Of a DNA stretch of 64,000 nucleotides, positions 51,519 through 64,000 are shown piece by piece. Position 1 is the stretch's first letter. The number at the start of each line of letters is the position of its first letter. Source of the stretch: Vicugna vicugna (Eukaryota); assembly GCA_013265495.1 (NCBI GenBank), contig MU058213.1, positions 2,604,001 through 2,668,000 on the forward strand, written 5' to 3'. The position numbers were made by a program, and so were the translations under genes. Below the pieces are notes generated by a model that did not search any database, was not told where the DNA came from, and was given only the letters and a program-made list of their open reading frames with translations.

Positions 51519-52917
51519 GTAAGTAATACATTGCATGTGAGAATAGAGTCAACAGAGCACACCTAAACTTCAACATAAGAATTATTATAAAAAAATAGTA
51601 ATTTTACTAGTATAAATTAAAGCATTAATAAGAATGGAGGATTATGGTTAACAGAAAATTATCAAATTTTTAGCACTTGTGAATCATTTATAATTTCAGT
51701 AACACTGGGATATGTTTAATACTAAAACTGTATGGAATGGTTGACCTTTGCTGTTCATTCTAACGTCATAAAATTTAGTAAAACCTAGTTTTGAATATCC
51801 GTAACTATGATATTCTCAATTTAGCTCAAAAGATTAATGTTTGCTAGTCTTGGTAACTTCTAAAATATGGTAATAATTTCCCAAATCCTGATTTCAAATG
51901 TAAAGTCTCCTGCTCTTGATTTTCAGGAGGGAAATCTCATTCTATCCTAATTTTATATGAGAAAAATTCTAACTTCTACTTTGAAATGGGCCCAGAGCCA
52001 AGTGTTTTATTGGAAACTCAGATCTGTTTCATGTGGCAAAGTTCCCACCTCATAAGCTTCTAGGATATTACTGTTAAACCTCCTTTCTTTCAGGTTGCTT
52101 TGTGATTTATTATATCTTGGTAATTACATGCATTTCAGATCTGGCATTTCTGAGATTATTGAAAATGTCAGTCTGAGTCAAAAAAGAGCCAAATGCAGGT
52201 TCAAACTCTAGAACATAATAAATTGCACCCCAGAAATAGTAAAAATAAGTAAGAGGACACTGTCTTTATTCATGAGTGAGCCCTCAAAGAAGGCAGACTT
52301 TTTCCTGTGACAAAAATGTTGCAGACTTGTCTGTGCTTCTTCAGGGCTATTTTCATTTTCTAACCACATTGAAGATAACGCCACGGTAGGTACTAGGTAG
52401 GTGCCTGATCTGTCTTTAGTCCTTTGTGCTGTCTCCTAGTGTCCATTGAAATGCTCCGAATACTCCTTTGGATGTGATATGCAAACCCAGGTTACATCTT
52501 GGGATGGTTCCAGAAGGGAGAAAAGAGCTGAGTCATAAAGCATTGTCAGGAGATCCATGACTCCTTGAACCCATGATCCTGTAACATTTTCTAAACTGTA
52601 CAAATACGAATGCAATTCTAATGCATCTTATTAGCACAGTGTCGGAGCTTTAGTCCCAGAGAATGTGAGTGTACAAACACTCCACTTTGCTGTTACAGGT
52701 ATACGTTGTGTGTATACACATACAACTCATGTTTTAGCATAGACATCACACCAAACAACTACGTACATATGTCAGTTTAGGTGTATGGAATTTGGCACAT
52801 GTATTTGTTTTGTAATGTGTGAATTGTAAGGCAACATTAAAAATGTATAGGGGGTGGAAATAAGAGGCTTCATTATCCCAATAATCCCTGACAACGTAAC
52901 TTATTTTAGCCTTGGTC

Positions 52918-52955
52918 TTTTTTTTTTTTTTTTTCTGGGTTTTTTTTTTTTTTTT
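52918..52955. repeat. Double poly-T tract
   Basis: Two T runs separated by ctggg. Confidence 0.85.
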
Positions 52956-54319
52956 GCCACTCCCCCTTTCTGGCTTTTTTAGTTATTTTTGCATAACTGA
53001 AACTGGTAGGCTATAGACATGAAACGGCTTTGCATTTTCTCCGTTACCTACAACCATGCTCTGTGGAAACTGTTTCCATCTCCTCCTACCTGCCCTGTCA
53101 TCCCCCAACTGCCCCCACTCCAGCAGGATCAGGCCTGAAGGACCCAAGATGTAAAAGCAGCTTAATGTGCCCTTTGCTCCCCTTCCCCATCATCTCCTAG
53201 ATCCCTCTCTGCTTCAGAGTTTTCAGGGCAGAAACTGGAGGGGAGGTGGGAGATGTCTTCAGTGTCTCTTTCAGCTGTATCCAAATACTGCTTTCTGAGG
53301 ATCCCCGTGCTAGGGACCCCTCTATCTGTTCAGCTCCCTGATGAGTGGAATCTGCCCTGACAGTTGATGGCTCCTGCAGCACAAACTATGGCTTCTAGCT
53401 CCGTGAATATTTGCTCCTAGTGTCCAGCCCTCTGGAACGGGGTCCCAGCAAGAAGGCTGAAGCCCACCTTCCAGTGGGGTCCACTTGAGTTCATCTGTTC
53501 TTTCCATGTCTTTGGTGAATACAGGGACTTCTCCACTGTCACCTGCCATCTCTACAGTTCTCCTCTCTGCCGGCTCAAGTAGTTGTTTCTACTTCCAAAT
53601 TGGGGGAGGGGGAAAAGAGAAATACCGCCGCCTAATATAGCTTAACCATTGTTCAATCAAAGATGGAGGCCAGCCAAAGTCTTTGCTATGTCACAGATGC
53701 AGCATTTCTGAGTTTCAATACCCTTTCTTCTACTTCTGTCACAATCCCATCTCGGTACTCATCACCATAGACTGAACAGTCAAGTTAGCAACAACACCAT
53801 ATCCTTTATAAAGTAGTGAGGGGAAGGAGAGATGAGATGAAAGTTCTCTGGATATTAGAGTTCTTTATGAGACAACCGAAAATAAAACAGATTAAAGGAT
53901 ACCATCTCCATTTCTTTGTTCTCTCTTTGGAATAGGTTTAGATGTCCTCTCTCTCTAGTAGTAAAGAAGAAGAAAAACTACAAGGGATAGAGTCTCATTA
54001 GAAATTTATGAGCCACAGAGTTCAAATGAAATATCAGTTTGGGAAAACAGATTGTCTCCTCTCCTCTTTCTATTTCAAATATTGGAAAATAAACAAATGC
54101 AAAATGGATACAGAAGTCATCTTATGTTCTCAAGTGAAACATCGAGAGCTCAATTTATGAGAAATGTTTATCAGCCTAGCAATGTACTGCAGTAACCAAA
54201 CACCATTTTTGCTGCATTCACTTCACAAACATTTAGGAGCATCACCTCCGAATGAAGTCACACAATGAGGCATATATTCAAAGCTGAACATAATGTCATG
54301 TACCCCACTTGCCCTAATA

Positions 54320-54543
54320 TGGTGGTTACCAAGCAGAGGTGATTTTGTCACCCTGGGACATCTGTCATTATCTGAAGAGCTTTGGTTGTCTCATCTGGGG
54401 GTGGTGGTCGTGTTAACTGGTATTTATAAGTGGAGACCAGGGAGGCTGCTAAACATTGTCCAGAGCGCAGGGCAGCTTCCTCCAACAGGGAATTATCTTA
54501 AGGCTCCAAATGGTAATAATGGTGATGTTGGGACACCTTGCTG
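54320..54543. mobile_element. MER20-like hAT-Charlie element
   Basis: ggtgattttgtcaccctgggacat, tttggttgtc, ccagggaggctgctaaacat, gaattatc, ccaaatg..aataatg match MER20 as I recall it. Confidence 0.78.
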
Positions 54544-57357
54544 CAGCACTAGACTGAAGCAAAGTGAAAAGTGATGTAACATAAGTCATGTTAGAAGAGG
54601 AAAAACTTGGCTTCAGAAGACAGAAGGGCCAGGGGAAAACTGAGTTAGGAGGAGGTAGAAAGAGAAAGGTGTTCTGGATGCCGAAACTGTCCAGAAAAGT
54701 GTATACTTGCATTCTTAATTTTAAAATCCTACGTGTCAAGCATATCGACAGTATATTCTTATTAGGAAAAAATGTTTATTTTGCCTTTAAAACAAACCTC
54801 ACCACATCACCATCTATTTTTGATCAGTAGATATGGATAAAAAGTGTCTTAGATTCCCTTGCACTGTTAACTATTTTGTATAACAGTAGAAATTATTTTA
54901 CTTTTTGTCATAATTACCACAGTCTTCCTCTTCAAATTGACCCTATGATTTAAATGGGATAGTGAGCTTGAAAATTTTTACTTTTTTCTTGTTGTTTCTC
55001 AAGGATGTGTTACTTACAGTTTTAGAAACTGGTACAAAATTCATTTCTCACCTCTTGATTATAATATTTATCATCATAAAAAACAGCTTCTTGAAAAGCT
55101 ATTTCATTATACCAGGGGCCCTTTGAATATTTCATGCAGTAGCAGACAGTGAAAAATGTATACACTTTAATATATTAAGTAGAATTTTTTTCAATGGATA
55201 ACACAATTTGGAATGAGACACCAAATGATGAATTGCTGCGTTAACCTGTGTCAGGCTTGAGGAACCGAAATCTCCAAAGCTTTACAGACAAAGGGATTTT
55301 TATGTCTGAGTTACAACTGGCTCATAAAAAAATTGACTATGTAAGTTAAAATACATGAGTTGAAATGTTTTTATTCTATAATCTGTCCTCTTTTTAACTT
55401 TTTATGAGTAACATCTTTGAGTGCCTCCTTATTTGAAATTTCTTAAAATTTAAATCCGATCAATTTGGTCATTAGGATAGCCTGTTTCCTGCTAAAGCGG
55501 AGTATAATATATTTAAATCTGAAATGGAAATCAGATAGCTACTGATTCATACTTTGGAATCTATGACTATGCTTCAATACATTCATTACATATAAAGCAT
55601 TAACTGTCTCTAATTACATCCGTCAAACTGTAGAAGGTATGTCCGTAAGTAGAAAAGACACCATTTTCTCAAGAGGTTCACTGTACAAAGGGTCTCTTCT
55701 CATCAGAAATGGAGGAGAACTGAACATGAATAATGTAGAGTCGGCAGAGGAAATGGCATCAAAATAAAGAAGTTAGCTTTCAGTCAGGGTCCAGAGCTGA
55801 AACTTCACCTTGATGCCACGTGTGGGAGAAGACGCTAATAAGTGTCTTCACCTTACCTGGGGAAGTAATATTCAAATCCATGTAACCAGCTTCAGTGTAA
55901 TACTGATCTGAAAGCACAATCAGAAGGGGTTTCTCATTTTGGATAATAAGCCTTCCGACATAACCAGAGATCCAGAGTCCCCTCCGACAGATCAGTGCCT
56001 CTGTCTTATCCCCGGGACAGTGGGATTCAAGCAGCTAGCACTGCCTTCCAAGACGAGAGGCTGAGCATTCCTTAGGGAAACAGTGGAAAAACTGAGGAGA
56101 CTTTATGGGGTTTCACTCTTTAAACATTGTGGTTGGTCTGATGACATCTGAACCTGATTGAGGCTCTTCAGTAGAATCAAAAAGCTGTACACAAATAACT
56201 TCAGTAAGAGTGGTGATGTGATATGGTTCTGAGTCCACTGAATCGTATCCCAGGTAAGAAGTGGCAAGTGTTAGATAAGGTTACAGGAATGCTGAGCAAT
56301 GCTGGGCACCAAAAGCAAGTTGTCCACCACTGGGCTGTTCTTCCTACTGACCTTGCGAGTAACCCCACCCACACTTGTCGGGTTAAGAAACGAGTTGCAA
56401 ATAGACTAAGAAACTTGCTGAAGTCATGTAGATAAGAGGCACAGACAATGCCCTTTCTACTACTTCACACTTTATCAGCAAAGAAAGCAGAATGTATTAC
56501 TATTACCTCCTCCAGCTCAGACTTTCCTCTCCCTAGTTTTGAATAACTGGGGTTATTACTTCATCCTCCTTACTTCTCAGTTTAGTATGACGAAAGCTCC
56601 CTTCTGTTTAGGACATAATCTTTCAGTTGTGCTTCCCCCCCACCATGTCAGCAACAAACTATAACTTCAAACTTCTAACTTCTTCCTTTGCTTCCCAGAT
56701 TCCTTTAATTCTAGCCCCAGTTACTGTGCATGCGCAGTGGCCAGGGCCCCTTTTGAATATTAATTGAAAGTCATTACACTGCAGGAATCCAAGTTGAATG
56801 TTAAGAAAATGCATCCTGCTTTCAGAAAACCCTTTGTAATAGAGCTTGGTTTCATTCCTCTAGAGTCTACTCTGTGTGTCTGTGTGGCACTGCTTTGGTC
56901 TTCCCTCTCCATGAAGCTCCTCTCCACCCTTGTCCCCGACCAGCACAAGTACCATTTTCTACCACCTCCCTTTGCACAGAGCCTTATCATGATTGCCAAT
57001 TTACATTTCTCTCCTCTCCCAATGTAAAACTCAGGAACACAGGACCTTGCTTACTCATCCTTCAAATCTAAGTGCCTGGTACAATGCTAGACACAAAGTA
57101 GGTACTTAGTAAAATTTAGAATAAATATAAATGCTAGAAAATAAAATGCAGAAAATTAAGAATTAAACTCTTGCAATCATGATGTTCTATTCATGAAACT
57201 GTTTTCTGTTACATGAAACTTAAATGCAACCAGGGAGAAAAGAAATATGCTTGTGGATTCTGTTTAGGTCAGGTATCCTTTCATCTGACTCATTTTAAGG
57301 AACACTTACCATGCGCCATCCTTTGTGCTAGATGCTAAGTAAACTACAAAGAAAGGC

Positions 57358-57797
57358 TGTGCTGAGTATCTTCCATTTGTCCCTTCTCTCTCCCTGTGAG
57401 ACTGGGCTGTGTGAATTACAGCTGTAGACTCAATCTTACTCCCTATCTCCCAGTTGGGTTCAGCCATCTGGAAGCCTCTCCAAAACTCCTTGGGAGTACG
57501 GTGAGGTCAGGGATTCATCCCCTAGGCTCCCTCCGGGCATGAGCCATTCATTCAGGCTGACTGTGTCCTTTGACTCCAGGCCTCTCAAAGTTGCCTTCCC
57601 TAGAGAGCTCTCCTTCTGGATCTCAGTAGCTCCTTCTGCCCTCAGGCTTTAGGGAGTATGAGTGTTAACAGCCCCACTATCCCTGCCTTTTCCCTAAGCC
57701 CTCACTTAAACCTTCACAAAATTTCTTTTCTTAAACCATCTGCAATTACCCTAATTTGAATTTCCATCTGTTTGCTAGTGATACCCTAACTGATACA
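57358..57797 (+). mobile_element. ERVL-class solo LTR (LTR33-like)
   Basis: TG...CA termini with a perfect 5-bp TSD aaggc (57353-57357, 57798-57802). Internal cagttgggttcagcca and gaggtcaggg; ends ccatctgttt...ccctaactgataca. Confidence 0.78.
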
Positions 57798-59378
57798 AAG
57801 GCACATCTTCCTGGCTTTGCTAGGTTTTTCTTCCATGCCAGCTCTTTCACTTGGGTCATCAAAGATTAACATTTTAAAATAGGCAAGTCAAGTATCAGAA
57901 TAATTATCTTTGGAATGAGAAAAAACATTACATTTTGAAGACTGAGCTGTCCAAAATGAATAAAAGAGTCTATCAGCTGTTCGCTCAGAAGCATATTTCC
58001 ATTACACTCTGGACAAGTCATCAAAATCCCGGATCCCACTTTCTCATAATGCAGTTCATCTTGCCCAGTGTTTCCTCTTCTCTGAAAATCGGAAAGCAGA
58101 CTGAGACAACTGGGAGTCACTGGTGAAATCATTCACAAAATTTAAGATTCTTCACAGCCCAGAATAAGCAGGTGTTTGCTGTATGTCATGTAATGGGGAA
58201 GTTATCATTCTTTGTGCATTCATCTGAGTATATGTATTTCTAGGTCAGGAAAGGTGTACTTTCATTGTTGCTCCATTCATTTTTTAGCATACATAGTTGA
58301 AGACTTATTTTTTCCAGAACACTACCCATACAACTATGGGGGAGGGGAAGGGGCCATCTTCTCATTTCTCAGCTGGGTGAGAACCAGATCTCATTCCAAG
58401 ACTCTGAAGAATACAGTGTTATTAAAACACTGCTTCCTCACTTAAAGTGCTGTTGGTTACATCTTAAAGTCTAAGTTGGATTTAAATAATTCTGCTAGCG
58501 AGTAATGTACATATTTTTCTAAAATTAAAGCAAAAAATTAAACAAAAATCAAAATTATTTTGTTTCTAAAACAAAACAGCAAAAAAAAAACACTTGACAT
58601 TTGGAATTATATTTGAAGATCTAACGAATAACCACTCACATTTGTAGTTTGCTGTGGTTTATAGGCTCTTCAAATACCTTTTCCTCACTTAAGTCTGAGA
58701 ACAACCCTGCAGAGTTAGACAGAGGTCTCTGGATTATGGGTCTGACATTCCACACTGCCTCTGGGTGCTCTTTTGAGAGGATCATTTCACTCAAGAGCAG
58801 CAGATGTCACTGAAGTGATCTGAGCAAGGGTACAGTGGCGGGGTGGGGGGGACACTGAGAGGAGACAGGGCAAAAGCAGGGAAACAGGTTGGAGGCAAGG
58901 CTGTGAAAACAGCAGTGGAGCTGTACGAGCAGGTTCAAGATGCAGTTCAGCAGTACAGTCAGCATGAGCCGGGGAAATAAATCTTGTTAAATTAATAAAA
59001 TTTTAGGATAAACAGTTTCTTATATAGGGTTCCATAATAAGGCAACATTTACTTCTGTGCAGTGAAATGATGGTGGGGGTTTTTTTTTCTGCCTGCTTAG
59101 AAAGTTTTTCACTTTCCAATTATAAGAAAAAATGTCCAGGTATTACTTTTTGAATCATAATTTTAAAAAGAAGAAATAGGAAGAGCACAATTTGATGTGC
59201 AAAGTAAATTAGTTGAATTGAATACCAAGGTATAATCAAAGTGGTAGATTTTAAAGTCTTTCAGGGCCTTGGATTTAAATCTGTGGGCAAGAATAAAAGC
59301 CCAATTAGACTTTCTCCTTAGGATTCAAAGGATCTGAAAACTGCTCTCTGGCTGGGAGAACTATGTGGAGTATGAACT

Positions 59379-59395
59379 ACACACACACACACACA
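59379..59395. repeat. (AC)n microsatellite
   Basis: Directly visible. Confidence 0.85.
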
Positions 59396-60139
59396 ATTGT
59401 ATTTACAAACATATATACGTTATATATGTGTATGTAATTTAATCATTTGTAAATCTTATTTTATGAAGAAATTGACCAGAGTCATTTTGTCATGCATTGA
59501 TTAAAATTAAGCAAATGCTAAGTCAGTGATAAAACAGGTATTCTTAAAATTATCAAATACTTTCTTATCATGGGTAATTGTAATACTCTTCAGTGTTTTT
59601 GTCATTGCTGTTATTTTGGTTTTAGGACTGACCGGAAAGTAAAACAGAGGTTAGAATCAGTTGTTGGGAATTTTAGGGAAATGCTGACAAACCGAGATGT
59701 CAGAAAAAACATTCTTCAAATCACTGAGTCAAGAAAGCAAAATACAGTACAGTCTCTATGGATCCACTAAGCCATAACGTCTGTTTTTATTCACTGAGAA
59801 CAGGTTTTAGCAACCAGTAGGGTCAGGGCATTAATTGAAAATTGCAGACTATTGCTTTGCAACCTCCATGTGCCCTTGATAAGTAACCTCCAAGAAAAGA
59901 TATGGGATGTTTTCTCCTTCAGTTATCCCTGGGCACAAGAAGTTAAGCTTTGCTATTAAGTGTTTGATTTATCTTAGAAAAAGAAATATGAACTGTGTTA
60001 AGTGGCATGGAAATAGTAAATCTCCAGCTTTAAAGGTTGAAAGTCAAGCTTGCATAAACCTCTGGCATTAAGGTCTCTGCTTATTTATGGAGAAGAAGGG
60101 ACAAGAAATTGATATATTGGCTTAAACAGAGGAATGGGG

Positions 60140-60330
60140 AACCATGCAGTCATGTCCCGAGCATCTGCTCTACTTCTGCCCAGCTGTATGACCTTGGGAC
60201 AAGTCACTTCACTTCTCGAAGCCTCAATTTTCCCATCTGTAAAATGGGCAGCATAATAATTCCAAACTCTGTTGGGATCACAGTGATAATACGCGTGGAG
60301 AGCTTAGTGCACAGTGATCTCTCAGCAACT
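60140..60330 (+). mobile_element. MIR SINE
   Basis: MIR core agctgtatgaccttgggacaagtcacttcacttctcgaagcctcaattttcccatctgtaaaatggg. Confidence 0.85.
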
Positions 60331-60889
60331 GTTCATTCTGAAAAGTGCCTCTTCTACAAACATGAAAAAGAGGAGCTCTCTTAGGATGAAGCAGTCTGAG
60401 CAAGAGAGCCAGTAACCGTGTGCTGCCCTGTGACTGTACCTCCACGTCACCATCGGGCTCTCAGAGGCACTGAGATGCCTTCAGCACTGACACCTGAAGA
60501 AGTCACACCTGCAGCTTCTGTGAACTTCTCCGTACATGCCATGGTCATCAAATAATTGTCTCTTTACTGAGCCCTTGCTGGCACAAAGCACTACGCTGGG
60601 TGAGAGACATGTGAAAATTCTGCTCCAAGGAGCTTACAGTGAAGCTAAAAACAACAGAATGAATGAGGGGAAAGAATCACAGAAGGCAGTTTATGCTAAC
60701 AACCAGACGAATCTAAAAAGACCGAGTTCTATGGGCTTTCAAGGAGGGAGAAACGACTGTGGGCAGGAGAGTTGGGAGGATTCAGAGAAGTGTGGCTCCA
60801 GGTGGGCTCTGAGAACAGTGTGAGGTTCAAGTAAGGGGAGGAGAAGAGGGAGGCCTGCCTGCAAGGCAGGGAGGCCAGGCCTAGAGGGA

Positions 60890-61410
60890 GAAGTTCTTCT
60901 CCGAGTGCAGCCCCAGAGTAGCAGCGTCAGGGTACCCTGGTGTGCCAGTCAGCTCAGACCGTGGTAAGCGAATGCCGCAGGCTGGGTGGCTGAACAAACA
61001 AATACATTTTCTTACAGTTCTGGAGGCTGAATGTACTAGATGATTCAGTTTCTGGTGAGAGCCCCCTTTCTGGCTCGGAGGTAGCTACCACCTCACTATG
61101 TCCTCTCCAGTGTGTCTTCATATAAGGACATGAACCCTCCTGGGTCAGGGCCCCACTCATAGGACCTCATTTAACCTTAATTACTTTCTTAGAGGCACTG
61201 TCTCCAAACACAGACACATTGAAAATTAAAGCTTCAATATGGATTTTAGGGGGACACAAGCATCTGAGACATTAATACCTGAGAACTCGTTAGGATTGCA
61301 AAATCTTGGGCCTCACTCCCACACCTGCAGAGTCAGAAACTCCAGGAGTAGGGCCCAAAAGTCTGTGTTTTAACCAGCCCTCTAGGAACGTGAGTTGAAG
61401 AGCCACCAGA
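60890..61410 (+). mobile_element. MER5A-like MITE split by an MLT1A-like LTR
   Basis: 5' part ...agcagcgtcagggtaccctgg ends at 60940 and resumes at 61278 with cctgagaactcgttaggattgcaaaatcttgggcc...tctgtgttttaaccagccctctagg. Confidence 0.7.
60941..61277 (-). mobile_element. MaLR solo LTR (MLT1A-like)
   Basis: ggctgggtggctgaacaa, acagttctggaggctg, tttctggtgag, tataaggaca, gacctcatttaaccttaattact, ggggacaca. Flanks cctgg and cctga (4/5 match TSD). Confidence 0.8.
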
Positions 61411-61597
61411 GTAGAGTCTGCAGGGAGGAGTGAATGAGGGGAGACAGAAGTAATAGGTTGTGGTCAGAACTTGGAGAGCTTTGGATGTCAGACCCAGGAG
61501 GGTAGAGACTGATCTGTCCTCAGGGAGAGGCCCCAAAGAGAGGGGAGGTCAAACAAGTTACTCTAAAGCACTTATGCGGCGCTATCTGTGTTTGCAC

Positions 61598-61660
61598 AGG
61601 AGGGAAGGAGGGAAGGTAGAGAAGGAAGGAGGGAGGGAGGGAGGGAGGGAGGGAGACAGG
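61598..61660. repeat. (GGGA)n / (GGAA)n purine tract
   Basis: Directly visible gggagggagggaggga run. Confidence 0.85.
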
Positions 61661-62443
61661 AAAAAAACCTTTTGGAAAATAGGCTTGCAGTTTAAAGATT
61701 CACAGTCTAAACACAGTAATAGCAGGAACAGGTAAGAAGGGATGAATATGAGTACCGTGCAGGAGGAATCACAGGTCGTTACAAAGCCAAGCAAACAAAG
61801 GAGGAAGAGTAGTAAACCCAGGGAACTTGCAGATACGTGAAACCTACCACTGACTAAAATACGGAAGGGTTGCTGGGGAGCTGTTTTGAGACAAATGATC
61901 AATTCAGTTTTATCTACTTCTGTCAGTGTTAACCATGCGACACAGAAGTGACTGCCCACTGGGCATATGGGAGATGCCGTGAAGGGAGCAGTCAGTTCTG
62001 CTGTACGTTCAGGGGGTGATGACTCAATCCTGGGGAGTGGGTGCAAGCTCTGAGGGAGGGTACCCAGCAAAGGAGGATCAGCAAAATCACAGAGCAAGCC
62101 AGCGTTCAGAGGAAAGGTGTGGCCCAGAAAGGGAAGGTGAAGGGCAGGGCAGGGTGGTGCCATTTGAGCACTTTAGCTACTAGTGCTTTAAAAGATCTCT
62201 TAAGTCTGAGCACTTTAGAAGGGACATGTTTGCAGCTCACTGTGAGTCCTCTAGATAAATCATCAAGCTCGTGACTAGGGTCAACTAAGAAAATTGCAAA
62301 TGATGATCATCGCTGCTGTTAGCCTGACTCACTGGGAAGTTGGGTAGTGGCCTCCAGCACCACCTGAAGGACCTAAGGGTGTTGGCCATTTATGTGTACT
62401 TAAGAAGTGAGTCACCTCATTTTGGGTTTCTGTGAGAGTAAAC

Positions 62444-62852
62444 GTGTCGTCCTCACACGTTAGTGCACATGAGAGTCACCTGCAGGGCTTGTTAAAACAC
62501 AGACTGCTGGACCTCACTCTGAGAATTTCTGATTCACCCAGTCTGGGGTAGAGACCAAGAATTTGCATTTATTTATTTTTAAATTAATTTTTCTTTTTTA
62601 ATTTTAAATCTACACTTTTTTACTTTTTACATTTTTTTGGTTTTGTTAGGAGGGGGAGGTAATTAGGTTTGTTTGTTTATTTATTATTTATTTTTTAGTG
62701 GAGGTACTGGGGATTGAACCCAGGACCTCATGCATGCTAAGCATGCGCTCTACCACTGAGAGACACCCTCCCCGCTAAGAATTTGCATTTATGAGAGGTT
62801 TCCAGGAGCTGCTGATGCTGCTGGTCCAGGAACCACACTTTGAGAACCACTC
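62444..62852 (-). mobile_element. MER5A-like MITE split by the SINE insertion
   Basis: agggcttgttaaaacacagactgctgg...aagaatttgcattt [SINE] ...gctgatgctgctggtccaggaaccacactttgagaaccact. Confidence 0.85.
62573..62776 (-). mobile_element. tRNA-derived SINE, camelid Vic-1-like
   Basis: Reverse complement reads ggggagggtgtctctcagtggtagagcgcatgcttagcatgcatgaggtcctgggttcaatccccagtacctcc (Pol III A and B boxes), then an A-rich region, aacctaattacctcccc and an A-rich tail. 16-bp TSD aagaatttgcatttat at 62557-62572 and 62777-62792. Confidence 0.88.
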
Positions 62853-63391
62853 TGTAAGCCTTACACAGAGGGACACCCTAGCATGAGGCCACCTATAGCC
62901 AATTTAGGATTTTGGCTGCAAACTATAATTGGAGGTAGTTTTTTTAGTGTTTCCAGGCTGAAAACTCTAGTTAAGAGGAACACTCAGGAAGCAGAAGAAC
63001 AAAGTATGGACTCAATACAAATGTTTCTCCCCCTCAAACGAAAGCATGTTTTATAGCCTCAAAGGAAGATCCTCATGTAGATGGCACCAAAAACAAACAA
63101 ACCAAAACCAAAAGCTAAAATACAGAAAGGCCCTTATTGAAAGGAAACAAAAACTTTCCTGTTTGCCAAAGTCGACACTCAGGCTTGCATATTTCCCTCA
63201 AGTTCTCCTCATATTTTAGCTCCCACTTAAAATGACGCTGCCTTTCTATATATAACAGAAAAACCTAGTAACAATTCCTGCCTGTTATTCCAAACAAAAG
63301 GGATGATTTTCAGTTATTTTGTTTACTTTTTGTTCATGAACAATATTACATGATTTAAAAGCCAGTTTCTGTGGGGAAACTTGGCTAATTT

Positions 63392-63440
63392 TATATATAT
63401 ATATATATGTATGTATGTGTGTATATATATATATATATGT
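63392..63440. repeat. Compound (TA)n-(TATG)n microsatellite
   Basis: Directly visible. Confidence 0.9.
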
Positions 63441-64000
63441 TTATGGTGTAAATTTTTATGATAGATTTAGAACATGTTAGCTCCTTCGAGCTCTGAATTG
63501 CATCGCTGTCTTGTAGTATGCAGTTCTGCCTTGTTTCATTTTCCACTTGAAGTCATTTCACTTGCCTGGCTTATAAACACCTTGAATTCTCTTTAACTGA
63601 AAAGGCAAGGTAACGTGATAGAGTATCCCGCTTAGCAATAATAACCCCCAAGGTAGAACTAAACTAAGCAGAGCAAAACCATAGGCAACATATCCTACAT
63701 CATTAAAGAAAGGAAAGAAGATGGCACTGAAGAGGCAGGAAAGTCACCATGAAGAAACTGAAAAGAACGGAAGAATAGGCAGATGGACTGGAAACGGAAA
63801 TGAAGAAAGTTGCTTTTTCTTTTCTTTTGGAATAAGCCAGCTTGGAAATGAGCGGGTCATTGTGACAGTTACTCAGACGGCAAGGCTAGTGAGTCCTAGA
63901 CAAACGTGGTCCACATGTGCGTCAGGCAGAGCAGACCTGTGTATCCCGCTGGATCCTCTCAGTGACCCTGTAAGGAACACGAGGCTAAAAACCCATTGTC

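Noticed and set aside
61582..62163. 193-aa minus-strand ORF
   Set aside because: Runs through a (GGGA)n tract and L2-like sequence; low-complexity translation.
62700..62775. Possible tRNA gene on the minus strand
   Set aside because: It has a SINE tail and TSD and no proper acceptor stem; it is a SINE head.
51519..64000. Next UNC13C exon (start of C2C region)
   Set aside because: No matching coding sequence with splice sites found by eye; probably beyond the window. TBLASTN would confirm.
1..64000. CRISPR arrays, operons or other prokaryote-type systems
   Set aside because: The sequence is mammalian intron/exon DNA with no regularly spaced repeat-spacer array and no dense ORF organisation.

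Overview
AT-rich mammalian genomic DNA, probably camelid given a Vic-1-like tRNA-derived SINE. The window lies entirely inside one gene on the + strand: UNC13C (Munc13-3). Seven internal coding exons with GT-AG boundaries (727 nt, 242 codons + 1 nt) splice in frame and encode the C-terminal part of the MUN domain (MHD2 region). The start of the gene and the C2C exons were not found in the window. The rest is intron filled with transposon fossils: a full-length but disrupted sense-strand L1 (31357-37998, 14-bp TSD), several truncated L1s, L2, MIR, CR1/L3, hAT MITEs (MER5A, MER20, MER53-like), solo LTRs (MLT1A-like, LTR33-like) and SINEs, several nested with readable target-site duplications. 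Almost all listed ORFs are spurious or L1 fragments. I found no convincing novel multi-gene system. The best leads are a candidate 47-nt L1-derived poison exon (33654-33700), a CpG/GC-box/TATA patch at about 49.5 kb, and a pre-miRNA-sized hairpin at 7002-7067. Repeat family names and the gene call come from remembered consensus sequences, not a database search.
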